A stretch of DNA of 64,000 nucleotides from an uncultured Acidobacteriota bacterium (GTDB lineage Bacteria > Acidobacteriota > Thermoanaerobaculia > Multivoradales > UBA5704): NCBI GenBank assembly GCA_963700145.1, contig OY969474.1, positions 4,800,001 through 4,864,000 of the forward strand. The letters are read 5' to 3'. Both the position numbers and the translations under genes were made by a program. The notes beneath the pieces were generated by a model, which worked only from the letters and a program-made list of their open reading frames with translations, was not told the origin of the DNA and ran no database searches. Positions 34,722 through 44,673 of the stretch are shown in pieces. Numbering within the stretch: position 1 is the stretch's first letter; every line of letters begins with the position of its first letter.

Positions 34722-35384
34722 CTAGCCCGTGGCGGCCTGGTGGCGGACGTCGCGCCCGGAGACGTAGTAGATGACGTCCTCGGCGATGTTCGTCGAGTGG
34801 TCGGCGATCCGCTCCAGGTTGCGCGAGATGAGCAGCAGGTGGAGCGCCCGCGTCACCTTCTCGCGGTCCTCGGTCATGTAGCCGAGCAGCTCGCAGAAGA
34901 GCTTCTTGTAGACGCCGTCCACCTCGTCGTCGCCGCGGCAGACGTCGATGGCGAGGCGGTCGTCGCGACGCACGAAGGCGTCGAGGCTCTGGCGCACCAT
35001 CGCCTGCACGAGCTGCGACTGGTGGGGGATGTCGACGTAGGGCTTGAAGACCGGCTCTTCGTTGAGCTTGACGACTGACTGCGCGATGTTGACCGCCGAG
35101 TCGCCGATCCGCTCGAGGTCGCTGTTGATCTTCATCACCGCGACGAGGAAGCGGAGGTCGACGGCGGTGGGCTGCTTGCGCGACAGGATGCTGTGGCAGT
35201 CCTCGTCGATCTCGATTTCGAGCAGGTCGATCTCGTGGTCGCGGTCGACGACGTCGCGGGCGAGCGGCGTGTCGCGGTCGACCAGCGCCTGGGTGGCGTC
35301 GGCGACCATCTTCTCGACCAGCCCGCCCATCCGCAGCAAGCTCTGACGGATGCGGTCGAGGTCGTAGTCGAGGTGCCGTTCCAT
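34722..35384 (-). CDS. phoU: Phosphate signalling protein PhoU
   Basis: QPTAVDLR, DLERIGD, NLERIADHSTNIAEDVIY; start MERHLD at 35384. Confidence 0.95.
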   Translation of the reverse strand: MERHLDYDLDRIRQSLLRMGGLVEKMVADATQALVDRDTPLARDVVDRDHEIDLLEIEIDEDCHSILSRKQPTAVDLRFLVAVMKINSDLERIGDSAVNIAQSVVKLNEEPVFKPYVDIPHQSQLVQAMVRQSLDAFVRRDDRLAIDVCRGDDEVDGVYKKLFCELLGYMTEDREKVTRALHLLLISRNLERIADHSTNIAEDVIYYVSGRDVRHQAATG

Positions 35385-35493
35385 GCGCCGTAATGCCTTT
35401 CGCCGTCGCATCTTACCCCCTGGGCATTCCGAGTGGAAGGACACGGCGGCGCCAAGCGGCGGGGAAGCGTGTGACAATCTCGCGGTGCCGCTC

Positions 35494-36303
35494 ATGTCCG
35501 TCGCCGCCTGGAAGAAGGAGACGAAGCGACCGCGCGCGCGCCTCGCCGTGGCGGCCGCCGCGCTCGCTCTCCTCGGCGGCGCGCCGGCGGCGGCCGAGGA
35601 GCTGTACGTCTTCGCCGCCGCCAGCCTGACCGAGGCGCTCGAGGAGCTGGCCGCGGCGCACGAGAAGCAGACCGGCACCAAGGTGCTGCTCAACCTCGGC
35701 GCCTCCAGCACGCTGGCGCGGCAGATCGAGGAGGGGGCCCCGGCCGACCTCTTCCTCTCCGCCGACGAGGCGAAGATGGACCACCTGGCGGCGCGCGGGC
35801 TGATCCTCCCCGGCAGCCGGCGGAGCGTCCTCTCGAACACGCTGGTCGTCGTGGTGCCGGCCGAGGACGGTCTGCCGATCGCCGCGCCGCGCGACCTCGC
35901 CGGGCCGCGAGTGAAAGCGATCGCTCTCGCCGAGCCGCAGACGGTGCCGGCCGGGATCTACGCCAAGCAGTACCTCGTCGGCCTGAAGCTCTGGGACGCG
36001 GTCGCCGCCCGCATCGTGCCGACCGAGAACGTGCGCGCCGCGCTCGCCGCGGTCGGCGCCGGCAATGCCGACGTCGGGATCGTCTACAAGACGGACGCGG
36101 CGATCTCGAAGGAGGTGCGGGTGGCCTTCGAAGTGCCGGCCGCCGAGGGGCCGCGCATCTCCTACCCCTTCGCCGTGGTGCGCGCCAGCCCGCGCCCGGA
36201 GGCGGCGCGCCGCTTCCTCGCCTTCCTCGACTCCGCCGCGGGGCGGGAGGTCTTCGCGCGGCGCGGGTTCCTCCTGCTGCCCCCGGCCCCGCCCCGCCCG
36301 TGA
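35494..36303 (+). CDS. modA: Molybdate ABC substrate-binding protein (start uncertain)
   Basis: VFAAASL, GASSTLARQIEEGAPADLFLSA, VPAGIYA, GIVYKTDA. Confidence 0.92.
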   Translation: MSVAAWKKETKRPRARLAVAAAALALLGGAPAAAEELYVFAAASLTEALEELAAAHEKQTGTKVLLNLGASSTLARQIEEGAPADLFLSADEAKMDHLAARGLILPGSRRSVLSNTLVVVVPAEDGLPIAAPRDLAGPRVKAIALAEPQTVPAGIYAKQYLVGLKLWDAVAARIVPTENVRAALAAVGAGNADVGIVYKTDAAISKEVRVAFEVPAAEGPRISYPFAVVRASPRPEAARRFLAFLDSAAGREVFARRGFLLLPPAPPRP

Positions 36304-36974
36304 GCGGGGAAGAGTGGCGGGTCGTCGCCTTCACCGTCCGCACCGCCGCCCTCGCCACCCTCGTCATCCTGCCGCCGGGCCTCGCCCTCGCCTGGCTCCT
36401 CGCCCGCCGCACCTGGCCCGGGAAGTCGCTGGTCGAGACCGCCGTCGCCCTGCCGCTGGTGGTGCCGCCGGTCGCCACCGGGTTGATCCTGCTCGAGCTG
36501 TTCGGCCGGCGTGGGCCGCTCGGCGCCTTCCTCCACGAGCGCCTGGGGATCGACGTCGTCTTCACCTGGCGGGCGGTGGTGCTGGCGATGGCGGTGATGT
36601 CGTTCCCGCTCCTGGTGCGCTCGGCGCGCACCGCCTTCGAGGGGGTGCCGCGGCGGCTGGAGCAGATCGCCCGCACGCTCGGCGCCGCCGGCCCGCGCGT
36701 CTTCTTCACGATCACCCTGCCGCTGGCGGCGCGCGGCGTCGTCGGCGGGACGCTCCTCGCCTTCGCCCGCGCGCTCGGCGAGTTCGGCGCCACGATCCTG
36801 GTCGCCGGCAACATCCCGGGGCGCACCTCGACGCTGTCGCTCTCGATCTACCAGCAGGTGCAGCTCGGCCGCGACGACCACGCCTTCCGCCTGCTCGCCG
36901 TGTCGGTGGCGGTCGCCTTCGCCGCGGTGTGGACGGGGGAGTGGCTGCTGCGCCGGCGGCCGGAGGGAGCGTGA
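36300..36974 (+). CDS. modB: Molybdate ABC permease
   Basis: LPLVVPPVATG, FARALGEFGATILVAGNIPG. Confidence 0.95.
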   Translation: MSGEEWRVVAFTVRTAALATLVILPPGLALAWLLARRTWPGKSLVETAVALPLVVPPVATGLILLELFGRRGPLGAFLHERLGIDVVFTWRAVVLAMAVMSFPLLVRSARTAFEGVPRRLEQIARTLGAAGPRVFFTITLPLAARGVVGGTLLAFARALGEFGATILVAGNIPGRTSTLSLSIYQQVQLGRDDHAFRLLAVSVAVAFAAVWTGEWLLRRRPEGA

Positions 36975-37666
36975 GGCTGGCGCTGCGGTCGATCCGCCTG
37001 CCGCTCGCCGGCTTCGAGCTGGCGGTGGACGCGGAGCTCTCGGTGGACGTCACCGCCCTCTTCGGCCCCTCGGGCGCCGGCAAGACCGCGCTCCTCGACC
37101 TGGTGGCCGGGCTGCGCCGCGCTCCCTCGGCCTGGATCGCCCTCGACGGCCGCGTGCTCACCGACACCGCCGCCCGCTACGAGCTGCCCGCCCGCCGCCG
37201 CCGCATCGGCTACGTGCCGCAGGACGGGGCGCTCTTCCCGCACCTCTCGGTGCGCCGCAACCTCCTCTACGGCCACCGGCCGCCGCCGGGCGAGCCCACG
37301 CCGGTGACGCTGCAGCACGTCGCGGAGGTGCTGGAGATCGAGCCGCTGCTGGACCGCGGGATCGGCGCGCTGTCGGGCGGGGAGCGGCAGCGGGTGGCGC
37401 TGGCGCGCGCCCTCCTCTCCTCGCCGCGGCTGCTGCTGCTCGACGAGCCGCTCGCCGCCCTCGACCGCCCGCTCAAGGCGCGGATCCTGCCGTACCTCAA
37501 GCGCGTGCGCGCCGAGTTCGGGGTGCCGATGCTCTACGTCACCCACGACCCGGAGGAGGTGCTGGCGCTGTGCGAGGAGGTGCTGGTCTTGGAGCGCGGC
37601 AAGCTCGTGGCGCGCGGCGCGCCGCGGGAGATTCTCGGCCCGCCGTCACCACCCCCGACGACGTAG
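36971..37666 (+). CDS. modC: Molybdate ABC ATPase (short, no TOBE domain)
   Basis: GTG at 36971; GPSGAGKT, RRIGYVPQDGALFPHL, LSGGERQR, LLDEP. Confidence 0.9.
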   Translation: MRLALRSIRLPLAGFELAVDAELSVDVTALFGPSGAGKTALLDLVAGLRRAPSAWIALDGRVLTDTAARYELPARRRRIGYVPQDGALFPHLSVRRNLLYGHRPPPGEPTPVTLQHVAEVLEIEPLLDRGIGALSGGERQRVALARALLSSPRLLLLDEPLAALDRPLKARILPYLKRVRAEFGVPMLYVTHDPEEVLALCEEVLVLERGKLVARGAPREILGPPSPPPTT

Positions 37667-37694
37667 CGCCCGGCCCACGTGCCGGGCGTTTTTC

Positions 37695-38882
37695 TTACAA
37701 CGGCAGCCTGACGCGGAACGTCGACCCCTGCCCGGGCCGGCTCTCGACCTCGACCTGGCCGCCGTGGCTCTGCGCCACGTGCTTGACGATTGCGAGCCCG
37801 AGGCCGGTCCCCCCCTCCTCGCGCGCCCGGCCCTTGTCTACGCGGTAGAAGCGCTCGAAGAGGCGCGGCACGGCCTCGGGCGGGATGCCGATGCCGGTGT
37901 CGCGCACCTCGACGACGGCGCGCTCGCCGTCGCGCGCCAGGGCGAGCGTCACCGTGCCGTCGGGGCGGTTGTACTTGATCGCGTTGTCGAGGAGGTTGCA
38001 GAGGAGGCGCTCGAGGGCGTCGGCGTCGCCCGGCACCGGCGGCAGCGGCGCCGCCTCGAGCGCCAGCCGCACGCCGCGCTCCTCGGCCCGCCGCGCCACC
38101 AGCTCGAGAGCGCCGCGGGCGAGCCCCTCGAGGTCCACCGCCTCCGCCTCGACCGGCGGCCCGATGCTCTCCAGGCGCGACAACGTGAGGAGATCGGCGA
38201 GGAGCGCCTCCAGCCGCCGGCTCTGCTCGAGGATGCGGCCGGTGAAGCGGCGGGCGGTCTCGGGCTCGTCGAGCGCGCCGTCGCGCAGCGTCTCGGCGAA
38301 GCCGCGGATCGCCGAGAGCGGCGTCTTCAGCTCGTGCGAGACGTTGGCGACGAAGTCGCGCCGCGTCTCGGCGAGGCGCGTCGCGTCCGTGGTCTCGCGC
38401 GCCACCAGGACGGCGCCGCCGTCGGCGCCGGCGCCGTCGCGCAGCGGCGCGCCCGCCAGCGCGAAGGTCCGCCGCTCCGGGCCGCGCAGCACGAGCTCGC
38501 CTGCCTGCGGCGCGCCGGTCGCGAGGGTCGCCGCGACCAGCCCCGCCAGCTCGGGCTGCCGCACCAGCTCGAGGAGCGCCCGGCCGGCGACCTCGCCGTG
38601 CACCGCGAAGAGGCGGCGGAAGGCGGCGTTGGCGAGGAGCGCCCGGCCGTCCGCGCCGACGACCAGGACGCCGTCGGCCATCGCGGCGAGGATCGAACCC
38701 AGGAGGTCGCGCTCGGCGCGGGCCGCGGCGGCCTGGCGGTCGCTCTCCTCGGCGAGCCGCCGGGCCTCGGCCGCCAGCGGCGCCAGCCGCCCGGCGAAGC
38801 GGCGCTCGAGCCAGAGCCGCAGCAGGACCGCGGCGGCGGCGAGGGCGGCGAGGACGAGGCCGGCGGCGGCGGCGCGGCTCAC
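37695..38882 (-). CDS. phoR: Phosphate regulon sensor kinase
   Basis: PAS-like region; RRDFVANVSHELKTPL; [27 protein letters not shown]. Confidence 0.9.
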   Translation of the reverse strand: MSRAAAAGLVLAALAAAAVLLRLWLERRFAGRLAPLAAEARRLAEESDRQAAAARAERDLLGSILAAMADGVLVVGADGRALLANAAFRRLFAVHGEVAGRALLELVRQPELAGLVAATLATGAPQAGELVLRGPERRTFALAGAPLRDGAGADGGAVLVARETTDATRLAETRRDFVANVSHELKTPLSAIRGFAETLRDGALDEPETARRFTGRILEQSRRLEALLADLLTLSRLESIGPPVEAEAVDLEGLARGALELVARRAEERGVRLALEAAPLPPVPGDADALERLLCNLLDNAIKYNRPDGTVTLALARDGERAVVEVRDTGIGIPPEAVPRLFERFYRVDKGRAREEGGTGLGLAIVKHVAQSHGGQVEVESRPGQGSTFRVRLPL

Positions 38883-39592
38883 CGGCGCAGCCGGTACCCG
38901 ACCCCGATCACCGTCTCGATCCGCTCGGCCTCGGGGCCGAGCTTGCGCCGCAGGCGCCGGATGTGGGTGTCGACGGTGCGGCTGTCCACGTCCTCGGCGT
39001 AGCCCCAGACGTCGGCGAGGAGCTGGGCGCGGCTCTGCACCCGGCCGCCGCGCTCGAGCAGGAGCTTGAGGAGGCGGAACTCGGTGGCGGTCAGGGGCAC
39101 CTCCTCGCCGCGCACCCAGAGGCGGTGGGCGGCGGCGTCGAGCCGCACGCCGCCGCTCTCGATCGTCTCCTCCGGCGGGCCCTCGGGATGCCGGCGGCGG
39201 AGCACCGCCTTGATCCGCAGCACCACCTCGCGCGGGCTGAAGGGCTTGGTGATGTAGTCGTCGGCCCCGAGCTCGAGGCCGACGATCCGGTCCACCTCTT
39301 CACCCCGGGCGGTGAGCATGACGATGGGCACCCGGGCGGTCGAGCCGTCGCGCTTGAGGGCGCGGGTGATCTCCAGGCCGTCGACGCCGGGGAGCATGAG
39401 GTCGAGGAGGACGAGGTCGGGGGGCTCGCGGCGGATCGCCTCCAGTCCCTGCTCGCCGCGGCGGGCGGTCTCGACCGCGAACCCCTCCTTCTCGAGGTTG
39501 TACTGGAGCACTTCGACGATGTCCGGCTCGTCTTCGATGAGCAGGATGCGGTCGCGGGGCACGCTTGGAGAGCCTACCATCGGGGCGCTCAT
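38879..39592 (-). CDS. phoB: OmpR-family response regulator PhoB
   Basis: ILLIEDE, LLDLMLPG, GADDYITKPFSPRE, RTVDTHIRRLR, IETVIGVGY. Confidence 0.9.
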   Translation of the reverse strand: MSAPMVGSPSVPRDRILLIEDEPDIVEVLQYNLEKEGFAVETARRGEQGLEAIRREPPDLVLLDLMLPGVDGLEITRALKRDGSTARVPIVMLTARGEEVDRIVGLELGADDYITKPFSPREVVLRIKAVLRRRHPEGPPEETIESGGVRLDAAAHRLWVRGEEVPLTATEFRLLKLLLERGGRVQSRAQLLADVWGYAEDVDSRTVDTHIRRLRRKLGPEAERIETVIGVGYRLRR

Positions 39593-39596
39593 CGAG

Positions 39597-39643
39597 TTCT
39601 CCACAGGAGCTGCGGAAAAGTCTGTCGAAAAAGGGGTGGAAAC
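39597..39643. promoter_or_regulatory. Cluster of degenerate DnaA-box-like 9-mers
   Basis: TTCTCCACA (39597), and on the minus strand TTTTCCGCA (39611), TTTTCGACA (39623), GTTTCCACC (39635), versus consensus TTWTNCACA. Confidence 0.4.
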
Positions 39644-39961
39644 GGGCCTGGAACCGGCCTCCCACCGCGGTTTTGACCGCTTTGAACAATCCCTTGTGCA
39701 AATCGCATAAGTGGCTGCCCTGCCGTACTTTGTATCTTTTGCTTCGGAAGCGGCCGGCGCGGCGCCGGGGACGGCCGGGCCAATTTCCGCAATGTCCCCC
39801 GGGGCGTCCCGTCCGCCGGTTCCATAAGTACCTGTACATGAGGAACTTACCGCTGCGCCCGCGGCGCGGCCGCGGCGATCCTGCAACGGCCGTGTGACAC
39901 CTTCGGCCCGCCTCCGGTCCGCCGCCGCGGAGCGCGGGCGGCGCGATAACATCCCCTTTCC

Positions 39962-42073
39962 GTGTCCGAGCCCGAACGCACCTCCGCCGTCCATCCGTTC
40001 CCGGAACCGGCGGAGGAGACCACCCCGTACCTCAACCGCGAGCTCTCCTGGCTGGAGTTCAACCGGCGCGTCCTGGCCGAGGCCGAGAGCGCGGAGAACC
40101 CGCTCCTCGAGCGCCTGAAGTTCGTCGCCATCTTCGACGGCAACCTCGACGAGTTCTTCATGAAGCGGGTGGGCGGCCTGCGCCAGCAGCTGGCCAGCAA
40201 CCTGCGCGAGCTGCCCCCCGACGGCCACAGCCCGCGCGAGCAGCTCGGCGCGATCAGCCGCGTGGTGCGGCCGTTGATGGCGCGGCAGCGGCAGCTCCTC
40301 CACGGCGAGCTGCTGCCGGCGCTGGCGCAGCACGGGCTCGAGATCCTGACCTGGGAGGACCTGCGGCCGGGGGAGCGGCGGCACCTGTCGGAGGAGTTCG
40401 AGCGGAAGCTCTTCCCGATCCTGACGCCGCTCGCCGTCGATCCCGCCCACCCCTTCCCCTTCATCTCGAACCTCTCGCTCTCGCTCGCCGTCTCGGTGCG
40501 GCAGCCGGGCGAGGAGCAGCTCCGCTTCGCGCGGGTCAAGGTGCCGCAGACCCTGCCGCGCTGGATGCAGGTGCCGCACACCCTGCGCTTCGTACCGCTC
40601 GAGGAGGTCATCGCCCACAACCTGGAGCGCCTCTTCCCCGGCATGGAGGTGCTCGACGCCCGCCCCTTCCGCGTCACCCGCAACGCCGACGTGCGGCGCA
40701 ACGAGGAGACCGCCGACGACCTGCTGGAGGTGATCCAGGAGGAGCTGCGGGTGCGGCGCTTCTCCTCGGTGGTGCGCCTGGAGGTCGTCCCCGGCTGCCC
40801 GGACTGGATGCGCGAGCTCCTCTGCTCGGAGCTCGAGGTGCGGGAGCAGGACGTCTTCGAGGTGGTGGCGCCGCTGGCGCTGCGCGACCTCATGCAGCTC
40901 ACGACGGTGCCGCTGCCCTCGCACCGGGCGCGCCCGTGGACGCCGGTCACCCACCCGCGCCTCCACGCCGCCGACACGGAAGACATCGACATCTTCCAGA
41001 CGATCGCCGCCGGCGACCTCCTCCTCCACCACCCCTACGACTCCTTCGCCACCAGCGTCAAGGAGTTCGTCGACTGCGCCGCCGACGACCCGGCGGTGGT
41101 GGCGATCAAGCAGACCCTCTACCGCACCTCCGCCAACTCGCCGATCATGCAGTCGCTGATCCGCGCCGCCGAGAACCGCACGCAGGTGGCGGTGACGGTC
41201 GAGATCAAGGCGCGCTTCGACGAGGCGGCCAACATCGAGTGGGCCGAGGCGCTGGAGAAGGTCGGGGCGCACGTGGCCTACGGCGTCGTGGGGCTCAAGA
41301 CCCACGCCAAGCTCTGTCTCGTCGTGCGGCAGGAGGGGGACGGGCTGCGCTGCTACAGCCACGTCGGCACCGGCAACTACAACTCCGAGACCGCCAAGCT
41401 CTACACCGACCTCGGGCTCCTGACCGCCTCCCCCGAGGTCGCCGCCGACGTGGCGCAGGTCTTCAACCTGCTGACCGGCTACGTCCACCAGCCGCGCTTC
41501 CGCAAGCTCCTGGTGGCACCGGTCAACATGCGCGCGCGCTTCCTCGAGCTGATCGCGCGCGAGGTGGAGCAGGCGCGCGACGGCAAGAAGGCGCGGATCG
41601 TCGCCAAGATGAACGGCCTCGACGACCCGCAGCTCGTCGAAGCGCTCTACGAGGCCTCGGCGGCGGGGGTGGAGATCGACCTCGTGGTGCGCGGCATCTG
41701 CCGGCTGCGGCCGGGGCTGGCGGGGAAGAGCGAGACGATCCGCGTGCGCTCGATCGTCGGCCGCTTCCTCGAGCACGCCCGCATCTTCGCCTTCGCCAAC
41801 GGCGGGCGGCCGGAGTACTTCATCGGCTCGGCCGACTGGATGACCCGCAACCTCGACCACCGCGTCGAGACGGTGGCGCCGGTCGAGGAGCCGCGCCTGC
41901 AGGAGGAGCTGCGGACGGTCTTGGAGCTGCAGCTCGCCGACAACGTCAAGGCCTGGGAGCTGCGGCCGGACGGCAGCTACGAGCGCCGTCTCCCCGCCGA
42001 CGGCGAGGAGCCGCGCAACAGCCAGGAGCTGCTCATGCAGCGGGCGCTGGAACGGGCCGGACGGGCCGGGTAG
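39962..42073 (+). CDS. ppk1: Polyphosphate kinase 1
   Basis: YLNRELSWLEFNRRVL, NLDEFFMKRV, HHPYDSF, IKQTLYRT, KTHAK, GRFLEHARI, SADWMTRN. Confidence 0.97.
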   Translation: MSEPERTSAVHPFPEPAEETTPYLNRELSWLEFNRRVLAEAESAENPLLERLKFVAIFDGNLDEFFMKRVGGLRQQLASNLRELPPDGHSPREQLGAISRVVRPLMARQRQLLHGELLPALAQHGLEILTWEDLRPGERRHLSEEFERKLFPILTPLAVDPAHPFPFISNLSLSLAVSVRQPGEEQLRFARVKVPQTLPRWMQVPHTLRFVPLEEVIAHNLERLFPGMEVLDARPFRVTRNADVRRNEETADDLLEVIQEELRVRRFSSVVRLEVVPGCPDWMRELLCSELEVREQDVFEVVAPLALRDLMQLTTVPLPSHRARPWTPVTHPRLHAADTEDIDIFQTIAAGDLLLHHPYDSFATSVKEFVDCAADDPAVVAIKQTLYRTSANSPIMQSLIRAAENRTQVAVTVEIKARFDEAANIEWAEALEKVGAHVAYGVVGLKTHAKLCLVVRQEGDGLRCYSHVGTGNYNSETAKLYTDLGLLTASPEVAADVAQVFNLLTGYVHQPRFRKLLVAPVNMRARFLELIAREVEQARDGKKARIVAKMNGLDDPQLVEALYEASAAGVEIDLVVRGICRLRPGLAGKSETIRVRSIVGRFLEHARIFAFANGGRPEYFIGSADWMTRNLDHRVETVAPVEEPRLQEELRTVLELQLADNVKAWELRPDGSYERRLPADGEEPRNSQELLMQRALERAGRAG

Positions 42074-43112
42074 AAGCGCCGGCCGTCTCGCCGGCCTTGC
42101 CGCCCGGAGCGGCCTTCGCCAGCCGGCGCGCCAGGGCTTCGACGTCGCCGAGGAAGCGCCCCGCCCGCGCCCCCAGCCACCCTTCGTCAAGACCCCGGAA
42201 CAGCTCGTCCCGCCGCGCCCGGTTGCGCGCGGCGAGGGCGAGGAGCCCGGCCTGTGGCGTGCGCCCGCGGGTGCGCTTGCGCAGCGCCTCGGGGTCGCCG
42301 TCGAGGGTTGCTTCGAGGAGCCCGCGCGCCCGCTCGGCGGCCGCCTCGCCGAGCGCTGCCGCCAGCTCGTCCTCGAGAACGTGCGCGTCGTGGAGCTCGC
42401 CCAGCAGCTCCTGGAGCCCCTTGAGCCGCTTCACCAGCCCCCGCGCCTCCTCGACCTCCTCGGCCAGCGGCTCGAGGAGATACCGCAGGCGCTTGCCGGC
42501 GATCCGCGCTTCGTGCGCCGCCTCGACGTCGCCGGCTTCGGCGACCGCGGCGAGCCGCTCCCCCAGCTCGCCCGTCGCCGCCTGGAGCGCTTCGCCGGCG
42601 GCGGCGGCGAAGGCCGGCGCCGCCGCGGCGCCGTCCAGCCGCACCTCGGCGCGGTAGACGCCGAGCCGCCGCCGCAGATCGCCGGCGAGGTCCGCGAAGG
42701 CGTCCTCCAGGTGCTCGCCCGCCGCGGCGTAGCCTGCCTGCCGCTTCGCCTCCAAGCGCGCCGCCAGCCACCGCCCACCGTGGCGCTGAGCAGGGGCGAG
42801 GTCCGGCTCGGCGGCGCGGAGCCAGGCGAGCTGCACCTCGGCGTCGCGTCCGCCGCCGGTGGCGCGGCCGAGCTTCTTGAGCTTGCGCTCGAGCCGCTTC
42901 GAGAGGCTCCCTTCCAGCGCCGGGCGGTAGGCGCGGAGGGTGCTGCGCAGGCGCCGCACGGCGACGCGGAAGTCGTGGAGGGCCTCGGCGTCGCCGGGAT
43001 CGGCGAGGCGGGCGTGCGCCGCGGCGGCGGCGTCGAGCAGGCGGAGCGCCAGGAGACGCGCGGCCTCGGCGGGTGGGCGGCCGAGCAGCTCCGCGGCGGC
43101 GTCCACGCTCAC
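42033..43112 (-). CDS. CHAD-domain polyphosphate-binding protein
   Basis: GTG at 43112; LHDFRVAVRRLRS, RDAEV, HEARIAGKRLRYLLE, LQELLGELHD. Confidence 0.9.
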   Translation of the reverse strand: MSVDAAAELLGRPPAEAARLLALRLLDAAAAAHARLADPGDAEALHDFRVAVRRLRSTLRAYRPALEGSLSKRLERKLKKLGRATGGGRDAEVQLAWLRAAEPDLAPAQRHGGRWLAARLEAKRQAGYAAAGEHLEDAFADLAGDLRRRLGVYRAEVRLDGAAAAPAFAAAAGEALQAATGELGERLAAVAEAGDVEAAHEARIAGKRLRYLLEPLAEEVEEARGLVKRLKGLQELLGELHDAHVLEDELAAALGEAAAERARGLLEATLDGDPEALRKRTRGRTPQAGLLALAARNRARRDELFRGLDEGWLGARAGRFLGDVEALARRLAKAAPGGKAGETAGASTRPVRPVPAPAA

Positions 43113-43612
43113 CCCGCGAGGGCCCGGAGCTGCGCCGGGGTCAGCGCCCAGAGGAGCGTCGCGGCGCCTGCCGCCGGCTCGCCGCCGAGGTCCAGCAGGC
43201 AGGCGCCTCCCTTGCGCATGGCGAGGATGCGGCGCTCGCCGCCGGTCAGGAGCCAGGAGACGATGAGCGCGAGCGAGGGCTCGTGGCCGACGACGGCGAT
43301 CGTCTCCTCGCGGCGCGTGCGCAGCCAGGCGAGGAAGTCCTGCGGCGTCGCCTCCGGCGCCAGCTGCTCGATCTCGACCGTCGGCAGGTCGCCGTAGACG
43401 GCGTCGAGGATGGCGCCGGTCTGTGCCGCGCGGGTGAGCGGGCTGGTGGCGAGGAGGTCGATCTGGGGCACCAGGGAGCGCAGGCCGCGGGCGCCGCGCC
43501 GCATGCGCTTCCGCCCCTCGTCGGTGAGCGGCCGCAGGCGGTCGTCGCGGCCGGTGCGGGCAAACTCCTCCGGCTCCTCGGCGATGGCGTGACGGACGGC
43601 CAGCAGGCGCAT
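43109..43612 (-). CDS. sixA: Phosphohistidine phosphatase SixA
   Basis: VRHAIAE, DRLRPLTDEG, TSPLTRAAQT, VGHEP. Confidence 0.9.
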   Translation of the reverse strand: MRLLAVRHAIAEEPEEFARTGRDDRLRPLTDEGRKRMRRGARGLRSLVPQIDLLATSPLTRAAQTGAILDAVYGDLPTVEIEQLAPEATPQDFLAWLRTRREETIAVVGHEPSLALIVSWLLTGGERRILAMRKGGACLLDLGGEPAAGAATLLWALTPAQLRALAG

Positions 43613-43624
43613 GGCCGCCCGATC

Positions 43625-44638
43625 CTACCGTGCGGCGGTGGCGGCGGCCTTCGCGGCGGCGAGCGCGGCGGCGATCTCCTTGCGCAGCTGGCGTTCGACC
43701 GAGCTGCTCCAGCCGCTGCGGTTGTAGACCACCTCGCCCGCGTGATTGACCAGCATGTAGGTGGGGAAGGAGTGGACGCCGCAGCGGCGGCTGAAAGCGC
43801 TCCCCTGGTCCCAGACCTGCGGCCAGTCCATCTTGTGGCGGGCGACGAACTTCTCGACCAGGGTGGGGGTGCGGTCGACGCTGACGCTGAGCAGGACGAA
43901 GGGCTCGTCCGCCATCTCGTTGGCCAGCCGCCGCAGCCGCGGGACGGCGGCGACGCAGGGCCCGCACCAGGTGGCCCAGAAATCGAGCAGCAGCACCTTG
44001 CCGCGGAAGTGCTCGTCGCGCAGCGGCTCGCCGGCGAGGGTCTCCAACGCGAAGTCGGGAAGGATGGCCTTGCGCACCCGCGCGGGGTCGCCGAGCAGCT
44101 CGCGGGCGCGGGCGGCGGAGGGGCCGTCAGGCTCGCGGCGCAGGTACTCCTCGAGCAGCTCGACCGCCTCGTCCTTCCGCTCGAGGCGGAGCAGCGCCTC
44201 GGCGCGGTTCACCCGCGCCGCGTTGGCGCTGCCGCCGCTGATCGCCAGTACCTGCGCGAAGGCCTCGGCGGCTGCCTCGTAGCGCTTGGCGTCGCGCGGC
44301 GCGAGCGCCAGGAGAGCGAGGCCGCGCTCGTTGAGGGCGTGGGCGCGCAGGAAGTCGTCCGGGGCCGCGGCGAGCGCCGCGTCGGCCGCCGCCAGTGCGC
44401 CGAGGTAGTCGGGCACCCGGTTGAGCGCCTTGGCGAGGCCGAGCTGGCAGTCGGCGCAGCGGCCGCCCGCGAGCTTGTCGGCCTGGCGGAAGGAGCGCGC
44501 CGCCTCGTGGTACCTCTGCTGCTGCAGCGCGCGGCGCGCCTTGTCGAGCTCGGCCTCGGCCTGCGGCGGCGGAGCCTCGGTGGCGACGGCCGCCGCGGGT
44601 AGGGTCAAGAGAGCGAGCGCGAGGAGCAAGGCGCGCAT
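43625..44638 (-). CDS. Secreted TPR plus TlpA/thioredoxin-like protein
   Basis: Signal peptide, TPR helices, LLDFWATWCGPC, FPT. Confidence 0.88.
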   Translation of the reverse strand: MRALLLALALLTLPAAAVATEAPPPQAEAELDKARRALQQQRYHEAARSFRQADKLAGGRCADCQLGLAKALNRVPDYLGALAAADAALAAAPDDFLRAHALNERGLALLALAPRDAKRYEAAAEAFAQVLAISGGSANAARVNRAEALLRLERKDEAVELLEEYLRREPDGPSAARARELLGDPARVRKAILPDFALETLAGEPLRDEHFRGKVLLLDFWATWCGPCVAAVPRLRRLANEMADEPFVLLSVSVDRTPTLVEKFVARHKMDWPQVWDQGSAFSRRCGVHSFPTYMLVNHAGEVVYNRSGWSSSVERQLRKEIAAALAAAKAAATAAR

Positions 44639-44673
44639 CGGAGGTCCATAGAATACGCCAGGACTGGGAGGGG

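Noticed and set aside
38879-42190. 1103-aa response regulator
   Set aside because: The upstream part is antisense to ppk1; PhoB starts at about 39592.
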